NCBI GenBank assembly: GCA_038227875.1
Contig: JBBRPR010000010.1
Span: 130,344 to 194,343 of the forward strand
Origin: Planctomycetota bacterium
GTDB taxonomy: Bacteria; Planctomycetota; SZUA-567; H5-PLA8
Reading direction: 5' to 3'
DNA: 64,000 bases
A program made the translations under genes and the position numbers. The notes beneath the pieces are model-generated. The model was not told the origin of the DNA, searched no databases, and saw only the letters and a list, made by a program, of their open reading frames with translations. Below are positions 47,004 to 56,178 of the stretch, one piece after another (position 1 is the first letter of the stretch; the number at the start of each line of letters is the position of its first letter).

Positions 47004-49472
47004 CTACTTCGCCGACCCGCTCTTCCCCTGCTTCGCGGTGTAGCTCTTTGTGAGGTTGATCTGATTCAACGCCCCCGCGAACACGAGCAGGCCCGTCAGC
47101 GTTACGGGTTTCGCCGTGACCGTTTCGTTGGTCAATCCAAAGGCCGCCAGACCCGTCGCGAGTGAATCCTTACTCAGTTTGATCGTCAGCTTGGATGTCT
47201 GCGCCGCGACAACCCCCTTTTTGGATTTGATGCCGACGGTGACTTTGTCTGTTCCCAGGACTCCTTGTCCTTTCGAATTCAACGTGAACACCGGAATCAG
47301 ATCGCCCAGCGCAAGGCCCAGCTTTGCTCCGGTTGCATTGAAACCCGCGGGAATGGATACGGCTCCCGTGATCGTCAGGCTATCATTGTTTTGCACCGCG
47401 AAGTTCAGTTTCACGGACAGCTTCACGCCGATCAGCGGCACGGGTGTAACGCCGGTTGGTAGTCCTGCTCCAAAGGCAGCGACGAAGGCATCGGACAAAC
47501 CATCGGGATTACTGCCACCTGTCCCTGTCCCAGTCCCAGTTCCGGTACCTGTTCCAGTTCCAGTTCCAGTACCCGTGCCAGTTCCGGTGCCAGTGCCAGT
47601 GCCAGTACCTGTTCCGGTGCCAGTACCAGTCCCTGTCCCTGTTCCATTTGTGGCGGCGTTGATGGTAACGCTCGTTGAGCCGTTGACCGTCTGTACGCCG
47701 TTGGTGGCGGTGACGCCAACGGTAAACGTTCCGGCTGCGGTGTAGGTGTGCGTTGTCGTGGCATTGCCGCTGGTGTCGGAGTTGCCGTCGCCAAAATTGT
47801 AACTGAACGACGAGCCGTTGAGATTCGTGCTCGACACAATCTGAATGGCCTGTCCAACGACCGCGGGATTGGGCGTGGCCGTCGGTCCGCTCTGCAGTTG
47901 CAGCACGGCGATGACTGTGAAGGTCTGTCCCGCAGAGGTTCCGCCACTCGGCGTGGGATTGAACACAGTCACCGTAGCCGTGCCTGCCGTCGTCACGTAA
48001 CTGGCGGGGACAGAGACGGTCAACTGCGTCGCCGATTGGGTGAGCGGCGTCAGATTGGCTTGGCCGAACCACTTAACCACTGAAGACGAAACGAAATTAG
48101 TGCCGGTCAACGTCATCGTAAACGCACTAGCGCCCGCTACGACATTGGCGGGACTGATGGAACTCAACGTGGGCACAGGGTTCGTCGCGGGATTGATCGT
48201 GATTGAATAGGGCAGCGACGTGGCTGCGCCATACGTATCTGTTACATTTACCGTAAATGAAACAGTCCCCGCGGCACTCGGCGTGCCGGAAAGTGTGAAG
48301 GTCGAAGCATTTGAATCGGCGACGGGTGTCGTCAGGCCCGTACCACCAGCGTTAAAACCCGTGATGTTAAAAGTGGAGTAGGGCTTGGTGCAGTTGCTGA
48401 CCGTCAACACTTGGTTGTAGGCCACCTGTGCGGTGCCCGCAGGCAACGAAGCAGGCGTGAACAAGGGAAAATTCCGCGTGTAACCTACGACATCGAGCAC
48501 GCGGAGTTCAACGCCCAGCTGCGGCGCGGCACCCGGAGTACCGAACGCGTCTTGGACTTGCGGCGTCTGGCCACCGGGACTGTACCAGTCTCCATAATCG
48601 GCACCGACAGTTTGATTGTATTGGGCAAGACGGGTTGAGGCGGTTCCATCCAGAGAAAAGTAGGTCGTGATGCTGCTGCTGTTTGAGAAACTTCGAACTC
48701 CCGAGCCATCGTAGCGGAACAAATCCACGGGCGCGAAACTTGTAGTAGAGCCCACATTAGAGACTGTTCCCAACACCTCGTCAATCTCGTGGCAGGCTAC
48801 GGCGTAAAGAGAGTACTTGTTTGGATCAACGGGATCATTTGGGGAAAGATTACAGATTGACGTATTTAAAGTTATCGTACCATCCGGATTACCTGAACCA
48901 GGAGTTACGTTAATTCCCAAGGCCCTAGCATTCGGAAGTGACAAGAATACATTGGAAAGGTGGGTACTTGGATCCGTGCCTAAGCTTGAGAGATTGGCTT
49001 GCGCAATGATATCATCTGTAGTTTTTGTCGGTTGGTGGGTCAATTGAAAATAAAAACTGGAATAGCTAATTGTGGTAAAAAAAGTACTGCTTGATCCAAG
49101 GCCTCCGCCTTCCTGAAACGTAATCGTCACCGTGACTGGGTCAGAAAAAGAGTTCTGATAGGCCGAAATCGCTGAATTGATAGTCGCCTGAATCTTCGCG
49201 GAGTTGGCATCGTTGAGTATGTTTGTCGCAAACGTAGCATTGATCGTCAATCCACCCGCAGCCGCCACCGACGATCGAAATGTCTTCGTGATCGTCGCCT
49301 GAGGAGCCGATCGCGTCGCAACCGAACTCGGTATCGCCTGCCCCGGCGCAAAATCTCGCGGCGAAGTCACAAGCGTTCGCTGCACAATCGGCCCGATCTC
49401 GTCCGCGGCGAATACGCAAACCGCCTGAGTCAGCATCAAAACCGCAGCCAGCCGCAGCCGCGAAACCATCAT
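47004..49472 (-). CDS. Secreted NF038122-like metalloprotease with Ig, IPT/TIG and PKD domains and a GT linker
   Basis: Signal peptide; HEIDEVLG, VDLFRY, YFSLDG and GDW; PTLSSISP..LTGTNF (IPT); YNFGDG..HTYTAAGTF (PKD). Confidence 0.82.
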   Translation of the reverse strand: MMVSRLRLAAVLMLTQAVCVFAADEIGPIVQRTLVTSPRDFAPGQAIPSSVATRSAPQATITKTFRSSVAAAGGLTINATFATNILNDANSAKIQATINSAISAYQNSFSDPVTVTITFQEGGGLGSSSTFFTTISYSSFYFQLTHQPTKTTDDIIAQANLSSLGTDPSTHLSNVFLSLPNARALGINVTPGSGNPDGTITLNTSICNLSPNDPVDPNKYSLYAVACHEIDEVLGTVSNVGSTTSFAPVDLFRYDGSGVRSFSNSSSITTYFSLDGTASTRLAQYNQTVGADYGDWYSPGGQTPQVQDAFGTPGAAPQLGVELRVLDVVGYTRNFPLFTPASLPAGTAQVAYNQVLTVSNCTKPYSTFNITGFNAGGTGLTTPVADSNASTFTLSGTPSAAGTVSFTVNVTDTYGAATSLPYSITINPATNPVPTLSSISPANVVAGASAFTMTLTGTNFVSSSVVKWFGQANLTPLTQSATQLTVSVPASYVTTAGTATVTVFNPTPSGGTSAGQTFTVIAVLQLQSGPTATPNPAVVGQAIQIVSSTNLNGSSFSYNFGDGNSDTSGNATTTHTYTAAGTFTVGVTATNGVQTVNGSTSVTINAATNGTGTGTGTGTGTGTGTGTGTGTGTGTGTGTGTGTGTGTGTGTGGSNPDGLSDAFVAAFGAGLPTGVTPVPLIGVKLSVKLNFAVQNNDSLTITGAVSIPAGFNATGAKLGLALGDLIPVFTLNSKGQGVLGTDKVTVGIKSKKGVVAAQTSKLTIKLSKDSLATGLAAFGLTNETVTAKPVTLTGLLVFAGALNQINLTKSYTAKQGKSGSAK
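47520..47645 (-). repeat. (Gly-Thr)21 coding repeat
   Basis: 42 codons alternating G/T with mixed synonymous codons. Confidence 0.95.
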
Positions 49473-49716
49473 GGGCTTGGAACAGGTGTGAAACGCCATG
49501 GCTGGAATCCTCCGGTACCTGTCCAACTGCGATTTGGAAGATGCGACGAGTCCACCCTCAGGAGGCAAATTTGCCTGGTGGTTAAGATCGGACACCTTAC
49601 CGCAAATTTGCGGTAGGGTGTCGGCTCAACAAACGTCGCCCAACCTTGTGTGCACATTATGCATATAGAGCGCAATCGCCGAAGAAAAATCCGCGCGCGA
49701 AAATTTGCACCTGTGC

Positions 49717-50715
49717 CTAAAGCCCGCCTCGTTGTTTGTACCATTTCAAAACACGCAGGGCGCGCAAAGTATTCCAGCGACTGGGCTGGCCTACTTCCTC
49801 GTCGGATTCAATCAGATCGTCGCCGGCGTAACGAACTTCGAGCAGCCAGCGTCCGAGCGCATCGCGTTTCGACGCGACCAGTTCGATGGCGTCGGCCATG
49901 CGTTCATCCGGTGTCGTGCCAGCCTTGCGGAAATAATCGAGACCGCGCAGCACGTCGTAATGCCACCACGTTGGAAAGGCCAATTGCGTGAACGCGGGTT
50001 GGCCGGGCGTTCCAACCGGTCCGAATTTTCGATCGCAGTCGATCACCGCGCCGGTCGAGCGGCGGCGGAAAAGGCAGCGTTCAAGCAGGTACTCTTCGCC
50101 GCGGCGCCGCGCCGCGCTGCCTTCCGGGCTGCTCCCGCCGTTCCGTTCGTGCTCGAGCAGCGCCTCCAGCACGCAAATGGTGGTGTTGAAGGATGAACGC
50201 GTCGAACCGCGCTCGGCCTCGCAGTTCCATCCGCCGTCGGCCAGTTGTTCAGCCACCAGCCGACCAATGATGCTCTGAACATTTTGCAAGAAGTACGCGC
50301 CCGCTGCGGCCACCTGGCCATTGATGCAAGGCTCCACTTCGCCCGAGAAAAAGGGATTGCTGTGGCATTCCGGCGGCGCGCAACCTTTCCAAGTCACGTG
50401 CTCGCAGACGAGACTTACAGCGTGCCTCGCGGAGTCGCTGGCGGGATCAAGCCCACACTCGCGCAATAACAGCAAGGCATGCATGGTGGAGTTCCAGCCG
50501 CGGTTCCACGCCTTGCCACTCCAGCGCCCATCCGCGGCTTGCAGCGCCAGAAGCCGCGCGCCGACACCCTCCGTCGCGACGCGCGCGCGCTCAGCCCCCA
50601 CTTCTGCAGCGGGCGCGCCGAGTAAATCGCGCATGACCTGCCAGCGGATCGACGGGTCCGAATCCAGCAACCAGTCGATGACTGTTTTGTCCGGATCTGT
50701 GAAATGACGCATCAT
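49717..50715 (-). CDS. Prenyltransferase/squalene-cyclase-like alpha-barrel hypothetical protein
   Basis: WLLDSDPSIRWQV, EPCING, QLADGGWNC, FPTWWHYDVLRGLDY and SRWNTLRALRVL. Confidence 0.82.
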   Translation of the reverse strand: MMRHFTDPDKTVIDWLLDSDPSIRWQVMRDLLGAPAAEVGAERARVATEGVGARLLALQAADGRWSGKAWNRGWNSTMHALLLLRECGLDPASDSARHAVSLVCEHVTWKGCAPPECHSNPFFSGEVEPCINGQVAAAGAYFLQNVQSIIGRLVAEQLADGGWNCEAERGSTRSSFNTTICVLEALLEHERNGGSSPEGSAARRRGEEYLLERCLFRRRSTGAVIDCDRKFGPVGTPGQPAFTQLAFPTWWHYDVLRGLDYFRKAGTTPDERMADAIELVASKRDALGRWLLEVRYAGDDLIESDEEVGQPSRWNTLRALRVLKWYKQRGGL

Positions 50716-50876
50716 TGAGTGCGAGTTTAGCATTGGGTTATCTCAGATCTATACGAATTATCTCTGCCAAAGCCTATAAAAGGAGATCAGATGGTAGCAT
50801 ACTTGCTGAATGTGTTTGAAACGGCGTTGCACCTGAGCGTCAGTGCATTCTGCTGCAAGCTCTGCGGGAGCGGTGT

Positions 50877-52223
50877 GTGGAAATTGCCTTTTGCGACAAT
50901 TGTGGGGCGCGCATGCCCTCGAACGAAATTGCCACGCACCCCCATCCAAAGAAATCCCTTTGTTCCAACTGTGCGGCCAAGACCCAAAATGTGACGCCGG
51001 CTCCCGCACTACCAAGTCCGCTCGTGCCAGCCGCTTCAGGGGACATGAAGTTTTATTTCTGCGAGACCTGTGGCAAGCGAATCACCGACCGGCAGATTCT
51101 AGAAGGCTTGGGCCGCGACAAAAAACTGAAGGGGATCTACTGCCGCAGCTGCGCTGTCGGTGTGACGACGCTGGAGTTTGATGCCCTCGTCGAACCAGAC
51201 GTACGCAAGCCTGTGCGGATCGGTAGCAGTCCGAAAATAATTCCAGCCGATTCCAAGCCCGTCAAGCATGCGTCGAGAACCCATCTTGCGCCCGCGAAAA
51301 GTTCTGCAGTCCAAGAGAAACCCGCGTGGCGCGCGAATTCTCCAGCTCAACCCGGCCACAAGTCGATCGCCGCACCCATTGCAGTCGCGGGAACGGTGAT
51401 CCTTGCAGGTGCACTTTTCCTGGGGTCGGGTTCGCAGGCGGGAAAGACGCCTCCAAAAGAAGTCGCCGCCGCTGCCCAGCCGCGCGAGGTGGTTCAGACT
51501 TTACCGACGCCCGTTCCGACATCGTCGACAGCAGTTCCATCTCTGCCGGCCCCCGTTCCGACTCAGCCCCTACGCGCCGACATGATCATGAAGGGGCTGG
51601 TGCTCTGGCTGAATGCGGATTCTGGCGTGACAGTTCAGAACGGAAAAGTGAGCGCCTGGCAGGATCTTTCCGGACATGGCGTGCACGCGCTTCAGCCGAA
51701 CGTTGCCGTGCGACCCACGCTCATCGCAAACGCCTTGCATGGAGCCTCGGCCATCCATTTCGACGGGATCAGCAGTTATCTGGAGATCCGACAAATCCCC
51801 GATTCGCTGAAGACCTTTACGCTGCTATTCACCCTGCGACCATTGGCGCTGAAAAATTACAATCAATCTCTGGGGCCAGGCTGGGGCCATTTTAAATTTC
51901 ATTCCACACTCGAAGGCTCGATTTATGTCGGGCCAACCGAAACGTCCCGCATCAAGCCCCAGGATGGGCCCAAAGCCGGCACGCTCGTCAAAGATGTCTG
52001 GAGTCAATTCGCGCTGGTGTACGAACAGAACACCGCGACGCTCTACCAGAATGGCAAGGAACTCGCGTCGAAAAAGCTCGAGCCCATAACGTTAAACAAC
52101 TTCTACATCGGCATGGCAACCGTCTCCACCCTGAACGGCGACATGTCCGAATTCTGCCTCTACGACCGAGCACTGTCCGAATCGGAATTACAAGCGCTCG
52201 AAAAAATGATGATGCATGAATAG
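50877..52223 (+). CDS. Double Zn-ribbon, single-TM, LamG-domain protein
   Basis: CDNC/CSNC and CETC/CRSC; TM IAVAGTVILAGALFLG; GLVLWLNAD..WQDLSG..YDRALS. Confidence 0.78.
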   Translation: MEIAFCDNCGARMPSNEIATHPHPKKSLCSNCAAKTQNVTPAPALPSPLVPAASGDMKFYFCETCGKRITDRQILEGLGRDKKLKGIYCRSCAVGVTTLEFDALVEPDVRKPVRIGSSPKIIPADSKPVKHASRTHLAPAKSSAVQEKPAWRANSPAQPGHKSIAAPIAVAGTVILAGALFLGSGSQAGKTPPKEVAAAAQPREVVQTLPTPVPTSSTAVPSLPAPVPTQPLRADMIMKGLVLWLNADSGVTVQNGKVSAWQDLSGHGVHALQPNVAVRPTLIANALHGASAIHFDGISSYLEIRQIPDSLKTFTLLFTLRPLALKNYNQSLGPGWGHFKFHSTLEGSIYVGPTETSRIKPQDGPKAGTLVKDVWSQFALVYEQNTATLYQNGKELASKKLEPITLNNFYIGMATVSTLNGDMSEFCLYDRALSESELQALEKMMMHE

Positions 52224-52278
52224 TGCCAGCGGCCGTTCCTCAACGCGAGTAAGAGTATTCCTAAGTGAGAGCTGCCGA

Positions 52279-52419
52279 ATGACGAAGGTGAACGTCGCGG
52301 AGTGTTGGTTGCAGATCGAGCAGTGGCTGGCCGCCCACGTTCCGGTCGCAGTGTCGATGTTGCCTCCCGGCGTTTCCAGCAGCGCGGCGGCTCAAGCCAG
52401 GTTCCGAAGCGTTACCTGA
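52279..52419 (+). pseudogene. SMI1/KNR4-family N-terminal fragment
   Basis: VAECWLQIEQWLAAHVP....LPPG then premature stop. Confidence 0.5.
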
Positions 52420-52687
52420 ATCATGGTTACAGCCGAAACTTGCAAACTGGCGAAGTGCTTACACATTGGCAGTCAGACGATTTCGGCACGGACGCGGGAA
52501 GCGCTGCGATTGTGGCTTCAAAGGTCGCTGGGTGTTCCGGTGCGCTTGGGTCCCTGCTGCCACGAGGTAGTCCATCCTTAATCCATACCAATGAAGCTCC
52601 CTGCGCCCTTCGAGCCGACATTGACTTCGACCGCGGCGGGGCATACGGTGCCGGACATCACGCGTTGATCGGATCTGAGGATATGCG

Positions 52688-53179
52688 ATGAACATCATAC
52701 GAAGCATCTTGGCTCGACAATTTGGCGCCACGGCGCAGATGCTGCAGGAATCGATTGAGAGCTGCCCCGAACAGATTTGGACAAAAGGGTTGGGCGGAGC
52801 AGCGTTCTGGCAGCAGGCCTACCATACGATTTTCTTCCTCGATTTTTACCTCCATAAGCGCGAAGCGGATTTTGTCCCGGCTCCGTTTCATCGAGAGAAC
52901 TTGATCTACCTTGGAGCAACGCCGTTGGGCGAGCCGTACTCAAAGGCTACGCTGCTGGAGTACCTCCAACAGGTCCGCCAGCGCGCGCAACGCATACTGG
53001 CCGAACTCACGGAAGACGACCTGACTGCGCCCAGCCCGGTTCCCTGGTACACGATTCCGCGCGGGGAATTCCTGCTCAATAACCTGCGGCATGCGCAGCA
53101 TCATGTCGGGCAGCTCAACATGATTTTGAGAGCTCACGGAGCAAAACCCCCGGAGTGGCGGGGGGCGGGTGATTTGTAG
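52688..53179 (+). CDS. DinB family protein
   Basis: FWQQAYHTIFFLDFY and NLRHAQHHVGQL; GAGG RBS. Confidence 0.88.
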   Translation: MNIIRSILARQFGATAQMLQESIESCPEQIWTKGLGGAAFWQQAYHTIFFLDFYLHKREADFVPAPFHRENLIYLGATPLGEPYSKATLLEYLQQVRQRAQRILAELTEDDLTAPSPVPWYTIPRGEFLLNNLRHAQHHVGQLNMILRAHGAKPPEWRGAGDL

Positions 53180-53467
53180 AGTTGCATGATCTAAAGGACT
53201 GCAGAAGGATCACAAAGCGGCGCCGCAAAGTGATCACGAGAGAACCTGCTAAAGCGATTTCACCCACATGAACGCTGGACGTGTGAGTTCAATTAATAAT
53301 TTGGCGTTAGCCGGTGGAGTAAATTACCTGCGCATACTTCGTTCGGGGAGTGATCGCCAATTGCTCTTGGCTGTACTCGGCTTCCATTCGTGAACGATAG
53401 TCCGCGGTGATGTCACGCAAGAGCTTAATGTCGCGATCGTATGCTGACGAGCCACGCTTATGCGGAT

Positions 53468-53547
53468 AGCCCGCCGAGATGCGCCGCATAACTCAGTTCC
53501 AAGTTTTCCGTCGAACCGCAATACCGCATCTGATCGCAGCTTCGAAT
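53468..53547 (-). pseudogene. Degenerate partial copy of the adjacent GIY-YIG gene
   Basis: Reads YCGSTENLELSYAAHLGGL versus YCGVTENLELRYAAHLGGL at 53872-53955. Confidence 0.8.
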
Positions 53548-53723
53548 GGTCATTCGAAAATGTATCGATTGGTAGCGCGATTGAAACTCACTTCCACAGT
53601 TGGTTCCGCAAAACCATACGTCGATTAGAATGCCCATTGAGTTTCAGAATCTTGTCGCGATAGACACACATCTTCCACACCTTAGCCCCGGTGCTCGCGC
53701 GATCGCGCAAGAACCTTTAGACG

Positions 53724-53972
53724 CTACATATCCCCAGAAATCAACGCTTCCTTTTTCGCCCGCGTCCACTTCTTCACCTGCGTCTCGCGCTTATGGGCAG
53801 CGTTAACCGTGGGATGAACTTCAGAATAAATCAGCGCGGTCGGCGGATCGATGAAGGTGGTACGGCAACCGAGTCCGCCGAGATGGGCCGCATACCGCAG
53901 TTCCAAATTTTCCGTCACGCCGCAATAGTAAGCACCCGAACGCAGTTGCAGAATATAAAAATACGCCGCCAT
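53724..53972 (-). CDS. Small GIY-YIG nuclease family protein
   Basis: YFYILQLRSGAYYCGVT.NL..R...H and A.KRE.QVKKWTRAKKEALI. Confidence 0.9.
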   Translation of the reverse strand: MAAYFYILQLRSGAYYCGVTENLELRYAAHLGGLGCRTTFIDPPTALIYSEVHPTVNAAHKRETQVKKWTRAKKEALISGDM

Positions 53973-53984
53973 ACGACGCACCTC

Positions 53985-54126
53985 ACCCTTCGACTCCGTC
54001 TTGCGCTTCGCGCACGACTCCGCTCAGGGTCATTCGCCGCTGTGTACTGGTCAACCTCAATTTTTCAAGAAAAGCGGCCTGTCATGAGCAAGCCACGGCG
54101 CAAAGCGACGTGGCGCGTCGAATGAC
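53985..54126. repeat. Inverted pair of 46-nt TTCGAC...GCTCA hairpin elements
   Basis: 53985-54030 on + and 54081-54126 on -, same architecture with different stems. Confidence 0.8.
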
Positions 54127-54197
54127 TCCCCGATCTGGATTCGAACCAGAAACCCTCGCATTAACAGTGCGATGCTCTACCGTTGAGCTATCGGGGA
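54126..54197 (-). tRNA. tRNA-Asn(GTT), CCA not encoded
   Basis: TCCCCGA acceptor stem, AGCTCAACGGTAGAGC D arm, TCGCA-CTGTTAA-TGCGA anticodon arm, TCTGG-TTCGAAT-CCAGA T arm. Confidence 0.97.
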
Positions 54198-54470
54198 ATG
54201 AATGGCGGGACTCAAATTTGGTGCAGCAGGTGTCTTCGTTTCCGTGACGGAAACTGATGACGACGGCGAACAATACACGCCCCATCCTCGCTTCGCAAGT
54301 GTATCCGTTCGGAATTGTGCACCTGCCGCAATTTTTCAGCGTGTTTTCCCATTCCTTTTCTTGCGATTCTGTGAAGTTCCTTCTTGAACAATCGGTCCAT
54401 CTGGATAATGTAGGCAAGTCTTATCCGCATTCACACATGTGCAGTACTTCAATCCGGGAGGTCGTTCCTG

Positions 54471-55487
54471 ATGGCAGTGCCAATGTCACAAATGTGGACC
54501 GTCGCTTCTTACGTGCTCAGCCAGAAGATCCGCCGCGTCAAACGCTACCCTCTCGTCTTGATGCTCGAGCCCCTTTTTAGGTGCAATCTGGCCTGCGCGG
54601 GCTGCGGCAAGATCCAGTATCCCGGGCACATCCTACGCAAAAACCTGACGCCCGAACAGTGCTTCAAAGCGGTGGACGAATGCGGCGCGCCGATGGTCAG
54701 CATCCCCGGCGGCGAACCGTTGATGCACCCGCAGATCATCGAGATCGTCGAAGGTCTCGTCGCGCGCAAGAAGTACATCTACCTCTGCACCAACGCGATC
54801 CTGCTGGAAGAAAAACTTTCGCAGTTCAAGCCCAGCAAGTTCCTGACGTTCTCGATTCACATGGACGGACCGAAGAAGGAACACGACTTCGCGGTCTGCA
54901 AAGAAGGCGTCTACGACGTCGCGGTCAGCGCGATCAAGGCGGCGGTCAAGGCCGGCTTCCGCGTCACGACCAACTCGACGCTGTTCGACGGCGCCGATCC
55001 GGAACATTACCGCCAGTTCTTCGACGACATGATGGCACTGGGCGTCGAAGGCATGATGCTCTCGCCGGGCTACAGCTACCAGAAGGCTCCCGATCAGCAG
55101 CACTTCCTGCATCGTCAGAAGACGACCAAGATTTTCCACGACATGCTGCGCGACCGCAAGAACACCTGGAAGTTCAACCTCTCGCCGCTGTTCCTGGAAT
55201 TCCTGCAGGGCAAGGTCGACTTCGAATGCACGCCCTGGGGCAACCCGACGTACAATATCTTCGGCTGGCAGAAGCCCTGTTACCTGCTGCAGGAAGGTTA
55301 CGTCCAGACGTTCAAGGAACTGATGGACGACACGCTCTGGGAAAACTACGGGCGCAAGAGCGGCAATGAGAAGTGCAAAGACTGCATGGTCCATTGCGGC
55401 TACGAACCGACCGCGGTCAACGAAACGTTCGGCTCGTTCGAAGGTTTCGCCCGCACGGTGAAGGCCACCGTCGCGCACGGAATGTAA
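54471..55487 (+). CDS. hpnH: Adenosyl-hopene transferase, radical SAM
   Basis: RYPLVLMLEPLFRCNLACAGCGKI, SPGYSY.KAPDQQHFL, CTPWGNPT, WQKPCYLL and CMVHCGYEPTA. Confidence 0.95.
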   Translation: MAVPMSQMWTVASYVLSQKIRRVKRYPLVLMLEPLFRCNLACAGCGKIQYPGHILRKNLTPEQCFKAVDECGAPMVSIPGGEPLMHPQIIEIVEGLVARKKYIYLCTNAILLEEKLSQFKPSKFLTFSIHMDGPKKEHDFAVCKEGVYDVAVSAIKAAVKAGFRVTTNSTLFDGADPEHYRQFFDDMMALGVEGMMLSPGYSYQKAPDQQHFLHRQKTTKIFHDMLRDRKNTWKFNLSPLFLEFLQGKVDFECTPWGNPTYNIFGWQKPCYLLQEGYVQTFKELMDDTLWENYGRKSGNEKCKDCMVHCGYEPTAVNETFGSFEGFARTVKATVAHGM

Positions 55488-55580
55488 TTGAAATTCAGCA
55501 CGATGGTTGAAGAATGATGATCCGGAATTGACCCTCTGGCCAATTGGCCAGAGGGTTAACTTTTACCAGGAGTTTGAACG

Positions 55581-55955
55581 ATGTCCCGGAACCCCGCCGA
55601 ATCGACTGAAATCAAGAGTGTCATCAACGAACCGTCGTTGGAGAAGTGGAATCCGACGCTGGCGACCAAGGAAGAACTCTACGACGCGCTGCACAAGGCC
55701 TTCGATTACCGCGGCGACGTCACGATCGCGTTGAAAGACGGCACAAAGCAGGTCGTGTACATCTTCAACAACGAACCGAAAGCCACCGAACCGTACGTCG
55801 AAGCCTTTCCGGCCGAGCGCGACGAGAAGGTGAAGATTTTCTACAAGGACGTCGCTGGCCTGCACTTTTCAGGCGTCGACACGGCTGCCGGAAAATCCTG
55901 GGCGGTGTGGATGGCGAAGTACAAGGCGAAAGAAGACGCGGAACAGAGTCATTGA
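55581..55955 (+). CDS. Hypothetical protein
   Basis: AGGAG RBS; strong coding-type codon usage; AFDYRGDVTI..DTAAGKSW. Confidence 0.8.
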   Translation: MSRNPAESTEIKSVINEPSLEKWNPTLATKEELYDALHKAFDYRGDVTIALKDGTKQVVYIFNNEPKATEPYVEAFPAERDEKVKIFYKDVAGLHFSGVDTAAGKSWAVWMAKYKAKEDAEQSH

Positions 55956-56015
55956 TCGGCGGGCATTGGGCGTCGGTCATTTTTCATTAAGGGCGCTTCG
56001 CCGAAGTCAAAGCGC

Positions 56016-56178
56016 GCCTGTGTGTCAAGGAGCAGCAGCCGTTCGCTGCTCCTTGCTTTGCGTATCCCAATTTCACTGAAATATCCTTCCCGGAAAAACG
56101 TGTCGAACCGCTTGCGCGTGAATGCCTCGCGCCTCAGCAAGGAGTAAGCATACGGCCGCCTGCTCCGTGGCACACGGG
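56016..56178. repeat. REPIN/MITE-like element, copy 2
   Basis: Arms at 56016-56057 and 56136-56178 with a 78-nt spacer; inverted relative to copy 1. Confidence 0.85.

Noticed and set aside
49717..50715. Squalene-hopene cyclase partner of hpnH
   Set aside because: About half the expected length, no DXDD motif, and separated from hpnH by the tRNA and unrelated genes.
40540..54126. Prophage or ICE with att sites at tRNA-Asn
   Set aside because: No integrase, phage or conjugation genes and no duplicated tRNA 3' end were found by eye.
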